Source: Acidimicrobiales bacterium
Lineage (GTDB): Bacteria > Actinomycetota > Acidimicrobiia > Acidimicrobiales > Palsa-688
Direction: 5' to 3'
Length of the DNA: 38,762 nucleotides
NCBI GenBank assembly: GCA_050744165.1
Contig: JBOGGN010000242.1
Coordinates: 1-38,762, forward strand
Shown here in pieces: positions 18,235 through 27,500 of the stretch (positions are counted from its first letter, which is position 1; every line of letters begins with the position of its first letter). The position numbers and the translations under genes are program-made. Below the pieces are notes generated by a model that saw only the letters and a program-made list of their open reading frames with translations, ran no database searches and was not told the origin of the DNA.

Positions 18235-18888
18235 CTATGGGGCTTCGAACCTCATGTGGGTGGCGCCGACGGTGATGTCGTCACCGTCGACCAACCGGTG
18301 GCTGTGGACCCCGATCCCATTCACCTTGGTGCCGTTGGTACTACCCAGGTCGACCAGCACGTAGCCGCCGTCGTTGGTGGGGCGCACCTCCACGTGGCGA
18401 CGGCTGCAGTTGGCGTCGGTCAGCACCACGTCACACTCGGGGAGCCGCCCGATCGTGAGCGAGGTGCTGCCGAGGGGGTGGCGGCTGCCGTCGGGCAGGA
18501 CCAGCCGGGCCGGCGCCCCAGTCGTGGCCCGAACCTCGCCGACCACCTCAAGGATCCCCGCCGACAGCTGGTCGTCGCTGGTCAACTCCACCTCGACGGG
18601 ACCGAGGAACACGTAGTTCTCGACCCGTGCGTGCTCCTTGGCCACCCCGACCAACTCGCTCACCAGCTCCGACTCGAACGGCTCGAACCGGGACCGGTCG
18701 GCAGGGCTGACCACCACGGTGAAGTAGTTCGGGGTCAGAGTGCCTCGGGGAGCCACGGTGCGCAACAGGTCCATCTCCCGGGTGAGGCGGCGCCCGATCT
18801 CAACCGGCTGCAAGCCGCTACGGAACGCCTTGGCGAAGGCGCCCTCAACGAGTCGCTCGAGCCGTCGCTCGAACTGCTGCAGTCCCAT
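18235..18888 (-). CDS. fhaA: FhaA (DUF3662 N-domain plus C-terminal FHA domain)
   Basis: The N-terminus MGLQQFERRLERLVEGAFAKAF is typical of FhaA. The C-terminal FHA reads TIGRLPECDVVLTD..SRRHVEV......VLVDLGSTNGTKVN. Confidence 0.8.
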   Translation of the reverse strand: MGLQQFERRLERLVEGAFAKAFRSGLQPVEIGRRLTREMDLLRTVAPRGTLTPNYFTVVVSPADRSRFEPFESELVSELVGVAKEHARVENYVFLGPVEVELTSDDQLSAGILEVVGEVRATTGAPARLVLPDGSRHPLGSTSLTIGRLPECDVVLTDANCSRRHVEVRPTNDGGYVLVDLGSTNGTKVNGIGVHSHRLVDGDDITVGATHMRFEAP

Positions 18889-19005
18889 GGTCGCCGACGA
18901 TGCTAGCTAGGACATGCCCTGGGAGGAGAGCCAAGGGGCACGGCAGCGGTCACAGACAGGCGCCCGGCTGGCCGCCGCGGAAACGGTAACCTGACGGTTC
19001 CACTC

Positions 19006-19089
19006 GGGCGAGTGGCGGAATAGGCAGACGCGCAGGATTCAGGTTCCTGTGTCCGCAAGGACGTGGGGGTTCAAGTCCCCCCTCGCCCA
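19006..19089 (+). tRNA. tRNA-Leu: tRNA-Leu (anticodon CAG), type II with long variable arm
   Basis: The sequence is GGGCGAG/TGGCGGAATAGGCAGACGCGC/CAGGA-TTCAGGT-TCCTG/variable arm/GGGGG-TTCAAGT-CCCCC/CTCGCCC-A. It has a 7-bp acceptor stem and a canonical T-loop, with CAG at anticodon positions 34-36. CCA is not encoded. Confidence 0.85.
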
Positions 19090-19128
19090 CTCCCGACAGG
19101 CCGTCAGGGTTAGGGGTCTTCCGGTCCC

Positions 19129-19644
19129 TTAGACGGTCAGCTCGTCGCTGGTGAACAGCGAGCGCACCCCGATGCCGGCCCCGTCCAGGAGGTCGTGACT
19201 CCGGCTGCGGTCGATGATGCACAGCACGTCGCCGACCACGGCCGACCGGGCCCGCAGCTCCTCGACCGACAGCACCACCTGGCCGCCGGTGGTGATCACG
19301 TCCTCGACGACAAGCACCCGCCGACCCGCCACCTGGGCCCCCTCGGCCAGCTTCATCGTGCCGTACTCCTTCGCTTTCTTGCGGACCAAGGCCAGCGGCA
19401 GTCCGGTGCGCAGCGACAGCGCGGTCGCCACCGGGACGCCACCCAGCTCGAGGCCGGCGAGCACCTCGGTGCCCTCCGGGATGAGCGCCACGGCATGCTC
19501 GGCGATGGCGGCCAAGAGGTCCGGATCGGCCTCGAACAGGTACTTGTCGAAGTAGGTGGTCGAGGTCTGGCCGGACCGGAGTCGGAACTCACCCGTGAGC
19601 CGGCACGCCGCGCCGATGGCGACCGCCAGCTGGTCGTGATCCAT
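19129..19644 (-). CDS. pyrE: Orotate phosphoribosyltransferase
   Basis: A 171-aa type-I PRTase with the PRPP-binding motif VLVVEDVITTGGQ. The ATG at 19644 is internal to the 345-aa track ORF, whose upstream part is a GC artefact. Confidence 0.8.
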   Translation of the reverse strand: MDHDQLAVAIGAACRLTGEFRLRSGQTSTTYFDKYLFEADPDLLAAIAEHAVALIPEGTEVLAGLELGGVPVATALSLRTGLPLALVRKKAKEYGTMKLAEGAQVAGRRVLVVEDVITTGGQVVLSVEELRARSAVVGDVLCIIDRSRSHDLLDGAGIGVRSLFTSDELTV

Positions 19645-19673
19645 GCGCTGCAGTCTGGCGGCTGCCGACCGGC

Positions 19674-21302
19674 CTACGGCAACTTGTGTGTTCTGAGCCA
19701 GGCGTCGATCTGAGCCTGAGCTTGAGCCTGAAGTTGCGGCATAACGGTGGCGGCGGGCGTCCCCGACAACACCTTGGCCAAGGCCGAGGTGATGAGAGCC
19801 TGGACCCCCGTGAACGCTGGCGTCCAAGCGTCGATTTCGGCCGAGGCGCCCGGGAGCCCGGCCAACCACACGGAGGGATCGACGCCGGTGGCCGACTTGG
19901 TGGCCGGCCCGAAGCTGGCCAGGTTGGCGCTCAGGGCGGGCATGGTGCCGAAGCCGCCGTAGGCCAACTGGCGTTCGTTGGCGGCGTTGACGGCGAAGAA
20001 GTCGAGCACCTCGAACGCCAGCTGGTGCTGGGTGCTGGCCGCCACGATGGTGGCCAGGGTCGGCTCCAGCCGGCAGAAGCGCCGGGCCGGCCCGCTCGGG
20101 AGGGCGGCCGCCTTGACCGGGAAGGGCAGGTCCATCCCGTAGCCGGAGGCGATCTCGCAGCTGCACATCTCGATCATGGCCAGCTTGCCGGCCCGCCAGG
20201 CGACCAGGGCGGGGTCGCTCGGCGTACTCGGGAGCGTTGTCGTGGTTGGCCGCGGCATGGTGGTCGTCGTCCGGCCCTGGGTGGTCGAGGTGGTCGTCCG
20301 GCCCTGGGTGGTCGAGGTTGTCGGGCGGGTCGTGGTGGTGGTGCCGCTGCCGCTGGCGGCCCCGCCGCTGGCGGCGGCCAGCGCCGCCAGCTGGGCCGCG
20401 GTCGGCTGGACGTGATAGCGAGAGACCAGGTCAGCGGCGAACTGGGCACCAGCGATGGCCCCCGAGCCCGCGAGGGTGGCGCGCTTGTTGGAGGCGTCGT
20501 ACAGGTGCCCGGCGTAGCTGAGCAGCATCGCCTCGGGATCGAGCCGTGCGACACCGAACTGGGCGATGTGGGTGGGGTCGAAGCTGGCGTCGAGCGAGGC
20601 GCGCCCGGCAGTGTCGATGGTGAGGCGCCGGGCGGCGTCAAGGAAGGCGCCGCCAAAGGTCCAAGAACTCTGGTCCCACGACGCCGGCGGCGGCGCCACT
20701 CCCGCCCGGGCGAACAGGGTCGGGTTGTAAGCCAGGGCGTGGTCGTGGACGCCGACGGCCAGTGCGGGCACGACGCTCGAGTTGCCGTAGTACGTGCCGA
20801 GCGCAGCCGCGCTCCGAGCCACCGGCAGCCATGCCGCCGTCGACACGGCGCCGCCTCGAAGGAAGGGGTGCAGGTCCAGCCACAGGTGTTGGTCGACCAG
20901 CCGAGACAGGTCGGCCAGGTCGATCCCGAGCACGATGTCGGGCGCCTGGCCCCGTGCGATCAAGGTCTTGAGCTCCGTCTCGGCCAAGGCGGCCGAGGTG
21001 GCGCGAAGGAAGTCGATACCCACCTCTGGGTGGGCGTTGATGAACTGCTCCGCCAGGGTCTGCTGGACCTGGCGCTGGCCCGTCGAGTTGCCACCCGCGA
21101 AGCCGATCAGGATCTGGATCCGCCCGCTGAGCTTCGATGGCGGGCTCGTTTTTTTGTGACCGGAAAAGAGGCAGCCCGACAGGAAACTGGCTGCACCTCC
21201 GGCCACGCCAACCTTGAGAGCGCCCTCCACGAACTGCCGCCGAGTTAGGAGTGAGTGCTGGGCGCCCGGCGTGAGGTCTCTAGAACTGGTCATTTCGGAC
21301 AT
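19674..21302 (-). CDS. Orphan ABC-transporter solute-binding lipoprotein (family 1 SBP) with Tat signal and internal Thr-rich insertion
   Basis: Has a Tat motif plus lipobox (TRRQFVEGALKVGVAGGAASFLSGC), an SBP_bac_1-like N-lobe, and a TTTTTRPTTSTTQGRTTTSTTQGRTTTTMPRPTTTT insertion. No permease or ATPase genes are adjacent. Confidence 0.72.
   Translation of the reverse strand: MSEMTSSRDLTPGAQHSLLTRRQFVEGALKVGVAGGAASFLSGCLFSGHKKTSPPSKLSGRIQILIGFAGGNSTGQRQVQQTLAEQFINAHPEVGIDFLRATSAALAETELKTLIARGQAPDIVLGIDLADLSRLVDQHLWLDLHPFLRGGAVSTAAWLPVARSAAALGTYYGNSSVVPALAVGVHDHALAYNPTLFARAGVAPPPASWDQSSWTFGGAFLDAARRLTIDTAGRASLDASFDPTHIAQFGVARLDPEAMLLSYAGHLYDASNKRATLAGSGAIAGAQFAADLVSRYHVQPTAAQLAALAAASGGAASGSGTTTTTRPTTSTTQGRTTTSTTQGRTTTTMPRPTTTTLPSTPSDPALVAWRAGKLAMIEMCSCEIASGYGMDLPFPVKAAALPSGPARRFCRLEPTLATIVAASTQHQLAFEVLDFFAVNAANERQLAYGGFGTMPALSANLASFGPATKSATGVDPSVWLAGLPGASAEIDAWTPAFTGVQALITSALAKVLSGTPAATVMPQLQAQAQAQIDAWLRTHKLP
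20261..20317. repeat. Imperfect 30/27-bp tandem duplication encoding a repeated TTSTTQGRT linker unit inside the SBP gene
   Basis: tggtcgtCGTccggccctgggtggtcgagg is followed by tggtcgtccggccctgggtggtcgagg. Confidence 0.75.
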
Positions 21303-21541
21303 GTCGGGTATGACGAGTCTTGGCGATGTGGGCGAATGTTAACTATCGACAGAGTTACCATAGCGGTTTATATATATTGTCCGTTCTATCTCGACAGATC
21401 CCATGGGCATTAGTAAGGTATGACCGCTTTAGGCGGGAGCCAAGCAACAGGGGGAGGAACCCTAAATCGTTATCGATAGACGGGGACCATCTCCGTCGGT
21501 TCGTGTTGCACACCTCGAACCAGGGTCTGAAGGAGCGCTTC
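21303..21541. promoter_or_regulatory. AT-rich divergent promoter/operator region between SBP gene and giant surface-protein gene
   Basis: A local GC drop includes a TA-rich block TTTATATATATT (21367-21378). Three copies of TATC(T)CGA(C/T)AGA lie at 21345, 21387 and 21471, spaced 42 and 84 bp. The third copy sits in the palindrome TATCGATA. A GAAGGAG SD lies 6 nt before the ATG at 21542. Confidence 0.45.
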
Positions 21542-24500
21542 ATGGGGCATGAGGGACAGCATCGGCGGCGGAGTTCGGTCGCGCGGCGGACACTCCAAGG
21601 CGCCCTGGGCCTGGCGATCGCGGTGGTGCCTTTCGTGGTCACCATTCCCGACGCCTTCGCCGGCGTTGGCTTCGGCGTGGTGCCTACCTTCCCCTCCGTG
21701 GTGACCGTCGGCCAGACGGGGCTTCCCGCCAACCTGACCATCCAGAACACATCCACCACGCCCGACAACGCCTCGAACGTCACGTTGAGCACGATCGACC
21801 TCGTTCCCGCGTGCGGCACGACGTTCGGTACCGCCCCCATCAACGATTGCCCGATCGCCAACGCCGATCCCGGGGTCTTCACCCTGAGTCCGACCGGCAC
21901 GGGCCAGGCGGGGACCGCCTGCGCCGGCACCACGTTCACCATTACCACCGTCGACCCCGCCACCGGGCAGGTCAGTTTCAGCCCCAGCACTCCGGTGGTC
22001 CTGCAACCGCCGGGGACGGGCCCCGGCGGCGCGCTGGCCGAGTGTGTCATCGACTTCACCTTCACCGTCAACATGGGCCCGACCCACGTCGATGCCAACG
22101 GTCAGGTCGACCAGCTGGGTTTCGCCAGTGGCACCAACACCTTGGGCCACACCGGCTCCGGTGCGGGAAGCAGCGCCGTCACCGTCAACCTGGCGACCCT
22201 CGGGATCACCACCTCGGCCACCTCGACGGCGACCGTCGGCGGCGGCATCACCGACACCGCCACGGTGTCGGCGGCCGCACCGCCCGGGCCGGCGCCGACG
22301 GGAACGATCACCTTCACCGCCTTCACCAACAGCACCTGCTCGGGGGCGCCCGCGTTCACGTCCAACGCCATCACGGTCACCGGCACCGGCAACTACACCT
22401 CTACCCCTCCGTTCGTGACGACCGCGCCCGGCAGTGTGTTCTGGATCGCGTCGTACAGCGGCGACGTCAGCAACGCCCCGGTGGCAACCCACTGCGGTGA
22501 CGCCGGCGAGACCACCACCGTCAACCAAGCGGTGCCTACCATCGTGACCGCCGCCTCGACGACCGCCACCATCGGCGGCCCCATCTCCGACAGCGCCGTC
22601 CTGGCCAACGGCCTCAACCCGACGGGCACCATCACCTTCACCGCATTCGGCCCCGGCAACGCGACCTGCACCGCGCCGGCGGCGTTCACCTCGGCCCCGT
22701 TGGCGGTGGCCGGCAACGGAACCTACATGTCGGGGCCCTTCACCCCGACCACGCCCGGCACCTACCTGTGGGTGGCCTCCTACAGCGGTGACACCAACAA
22801 CGCCGCGGTGGCCACCCCTTGCGGCGACATGGGCGAAACCAGCACGGTCAACAAGGCCACGCCGGCCATCGTGACGACGGCCTCCGGCTCGGGTCCGGTA
22901 GGCAGTGTCATCTCCGACAGCGCCGTGCTCTCGGGAGGCGTCGACACCCCGACCGGCACCATCACCTTCAACGTATTCGGTCCCGACAACGCGAGCTGCA
23001 CGGGTGCGCCGGTGTTCACCTCGACGGCGACGGTGAACGGCAACGGGACCTACAGCTCGTCGATGTTCACCACCACCGCCGCCGGGACCTACCTGTTCGT
23101 GGCCAGTTACAGCGGTGACGCCAACAACAACGCCGTCGCCAGCGCCTGCGGAGCAGCCAACGAGAGTGTGACCATCACCAAGGCCTCCCCGGCGATCGCC
23201 ACCACCCCCTCGCCGTCGGTCACCGCGGGCGGGTTGGTCTCCGACAGCGCCACCTTGTCCTCGGGCGTCAACCCGACGGGGACCATCACCTTCACCCTGT
23301 TCGGCCCCGGCAACCCGACCTGCACCGGGGCGGCGATCTTCACCTCCACGGCGTCGGTGAACGCCGGCAACGGGGTCTACAACTCGGCCGCCTTCACCAC
23401 CACCACGCCCGGCACCTACAACTGGGTGGCCTCGTATTCCGGCGACGCCAACAACAACGCGGTGGCCAGCACCTGCGCGTCGGAGACGGTGGTGGTCACC
23501 CAGGCCCACCCGACGATCATGACTCAGGCGTCGGCGTCGGTCCCGGTGGGCGGGACGATCACCGACACCGCCACCCTCGCAGGCGGGGTGTCGCCGACGG
23601 GGACGATCACCTTCAGCATCTTCGCCCCCGGCAACCCCACGTGCGCGGGGGCGCCGGTCGCCACCTCGATGGTGCCCGTCACGGGCAACGGCAACTACGT
23701 CTCGGCCCCGTTCACCACCACCGCGGTCGGCACCTACATGTTCGTGGTGATCTACAGCGGCGACACCGCCAACGCCAGCGCCACCAGCGCCTGCGGCGCC
23801 GCCAACGAGGCCGTCACCACCACCCAGGCCACGCCGACGATCGCCACCACGCCCTCGGTGTCGGTGCCCGTCGGGGGCGCCGTGTCCGACAGCGCCACCC
23901 TGGCCAACGGGCTCAGCCCGACCGGCAGCATTACCTTCACGCTGTTCGGCCCCGGCAACCCGACGTGCACCGGAGCCCAGGTGTTCACGTCCAATCCGAT
24001 CCCCGTCACCGGCAACGGCACGTACACCTCCAACACCTTCACCGCCACCATGGCGGGCTCCTACAACTGGATCGCGACCTACAGCGGCGACGCCAACAAC
24101 CACTCGGTGGCCAGCACCTGCGCCTCAGAGACGGTGGTGGTGACGACCACCACCCCCAAGATCGTGACCAACGCATCGCTGACGGTCCCCGTCGGCGGCA
24201 CCATCTCCGACACCGCCACCCTGTCCAACGGGGTCAACCCGACGGGGACCATCACCTTCGACGTGTTCGGCCCCAACGACGCCACCTGCTCGACGGTGCC
24301 GGCGTTCACATCGGTGGTCTCGGTTACCTCCGGCAACGGCACCTACTCCTCGGGACCGTTCACGGCCGTCATGGCGGGGACGTACCGGTTCGTGGCCATG
24401 TATTCGGGCGACGCCAACAACGCAGCGGTGACCACGATGTGCAACGACCCCAACGAGAGCGTGGTCGTTACGACCGTCACCCCGTCGCTCAGCACGACCG

Positions 24501-27500
24501 CGTCGGCGTCGGTCGCGGTAAGCGGGACTGTGAGCGACACCGCCATCCTGTCGGGCGGGTCCAACCCCACGGGGACCATTACCTTCGAGCTGTTCGGGCC
24601 GGTGGCGGGCTGCACCGGCGCCCCGATCTTCACCGCCACCAAGCCGGTGACCGGCGACGGCGCCTACTCGTCGGGCACCTTCACCCCGACCGCCCCGGGC
24701 ACCTACAACTTCGAGGCGTCCTACAGCGGCGATGCCAACAACAACGCCATCCCCCTGACCGCCTGCGGGGCGGCGGGCGAGAACGTGACCGTGACCCCGG
24801 CCACCCCGGCCATCGTCACCATGGCCTCGGCGTCGGTGGCGGCCGGGGGCACGATCAGTGACACTGCCACCCTGACCGGTGGCGACGCCCCCACGGGGAC
24901 CATCACTTTCACCGTCTATGGGCCGGGCAATACGACGTGCGCCGGGACCGGGGTCGCCAGCCACACGGTGGCGGTCACCGGCGACGGCAGCTACGCCTCG
25001 GGCAGCTTCCCCGCCGCCATCGCGGGCACCTACCGGTTCATCGCGGCCTACAGCGGCGACGCCAACAACTCGGCGGAGTCGACGGGCTGCAACGACGCCA
25101 ACGAGAGCGTGGTGGTGACCCCCGCCGCCCCGACACTCGTCACCCATGCCTCCTCGACGGTCGCTGCGGGCGGCACGATCCAGGACACGGCGACCCTGTC
25201 CGGTGGCGCCTCCCCGATGGGCACCATCACCATCACTTTGTTCGGCCCCAACAACGCCGCCTGCACCGGCACCCCGATCCAGTCGACGACCGACCCGGTG
25301 AACGGCGACGGCGACTACACCTCGACGCCGTTCGTCGTCAACGCGGCCGGCACCTACCAATACGTTGCCGTGTATGGCGGTGACGCCAACAACGCAGGTG
25401 CCACCAGCGCCTGCGGCGCGGCCAACGAGTCGGTGGTGGTGACGCCGGCGGCGCCCACCATCGCGACCCAGGCGTCGGCGCCGGTGGCGGTCGGCAACCC
25501 GATCACCGACGTCGCCACGCTCTCGGGCGGGGACAACCCGACGGGGACCATCACCTTCAACGTGTTCGGCCCCCACAACGCCACCTGCACCGGCGCCCCG
25601 GTGTTCTCCTCGACGATGGCGGTAACCGGCGACGGCAACTACACCTCCAACCCGTTCACGCCCACCATGGCGGGCACCTATCGGTTCGTCGACAGCTACT
25701 CCGGTGACGCCAACAACGCTCCCACCGCGTCCGCGTGCGGCGCGGCCAACGAGTCGGTGGCGGTCGGCGTCGCCAGCCCCACGATCGTGACTACGGCGTC
25801 GGCGCCGGTGGTGGCGGGCGGCAACATCAGCGACATCGCCGTCCTCTCCGGCGGGGTGACGCCGAGCGGGACGATCACCTTCGATGTGTTCGGACCCAAC
25901 AACGCCACCTGCACCGGCGCCCCCTTGTTCACCTCGACGGTCCCGGTGGCCGGCAATGGCAGCTATGCGTCGGCGCCGTTCACCACGACCTTGGCGGGCA
26001 CCTACCAGTTCGTCGCCTCCTACAGCGGAGATGCCAACAACGGCGCCGTGACCAGCGCCTGTGATGCCGCCAACGAGAGCGTCGTGGTGGCCAAGGCGGG
26101 CCCGGCCATCGCCACCCAGGCCTCGGCTCCGGTGACGGTGGGCGGCGCCATCAGCGACAGCGCGACCCTGTCGGGCGGCACCGGGCCGTCGGGCACCATC
26201 ACCTTCCAGGTCTTCGGCCCCAACAACGCCACCTGCACCGGCGCCGCGGCATTCACGTCCAGCGTCACCGTCGCCGGCAACGGCACCTACGCGTCGATGA
26301 GCTTCACGCCGACCCAGCCCGGGACGTACCGCTTCGTGGCCACCTACGGCGGCGACGCCAACAACGCCGCCGCCGGACCCACCTCATGCGGGGACCCGGC
26401 CGAGTCGACGGTGGTATCGCCCGGCGCCACGACCATCGTCACCAAGGTGTCGGGGTCGACGACCGTCGGCGGGACGATCACCGACACTGCCACCCTGGCG
26501 GGCGGGGTCAACCCGACCGGGACCATCACCTTCCAGGTGTTCGGGCCCAACAACGCCACCTGCACCGGCATCCCGGCGTTCACCTCGACGGTGCCCGTGA
26601 CCGGCAACGGCAACTACACCTCGGCAACCTTCACCGTGCCCGGGGCTGGGACCTACGGTTTCGTGGCCACCTACAGCGGTGACACCGCCAACAGCCCCGC
26701 TGGTCCCACCGCCTGCTCGGATCCCAACGAGACGACGACGGCGACCAAGGTGTCGCCGACCATCTCCACCATGGCGTCGCCCACCGGCACTGTTGGCGGC
26801 GCCATCACCGACACCGCCACCCTGACGGGGGGCTTCAACCCCACCGGGACCATCACCTTCCAGGTCTTCGGGCCCAACAACACGACCTGCACCGGCGCCC
26901 CGGCGGCGACCTCGACGGCGCCGGTCAGCGGGTCGGGCAACTACACCTCGGCGCCGTTCTCCCCGACTGCGCCCGGGAGCTACCAGTTCGTGGCCACCTA
27001 CGGCGGTGACGCCAACAACAACGCCGCCGGCCCGACAGCGTGCAACGACCCAGCGGAAACAGCGACGGTGACCCCCTCGGCGGTCACCTTCTCGACGACC
27101 GCGTCCCCATCGGCCGACGTGGGCCAGCCCATCTTCGACACCGCCGATCTGACCGGCAGCGGCACCCCGACCGGGACGATCACCTACAACCTCTTCGGCC
27201 CCAACAACGCCACCTGCACCGGTGCGCCGGCGTTTACCACCACCGTCAACGTGAACGGCTCGGGGATGTACACCTCGGCAAGTTTCACCCCGACCGCAGC
27301 CGGCACCTACGAGTGGGTGGACACCTATAGCGGCGACGCCACCACCGCCCCGGCCGGGCCGACGCCGTGCAACGACGCCGCCGAGTCCGTGGTGGTGCTG
27401 CCGACGCCGCAGATCGCGGTGACCAAGGCCGCCAACCCGACCAGCGAACCCGAGCCGGGCGGCAACTTCACCTTCACCGTCACCGTCAGCAATCCCTCGA

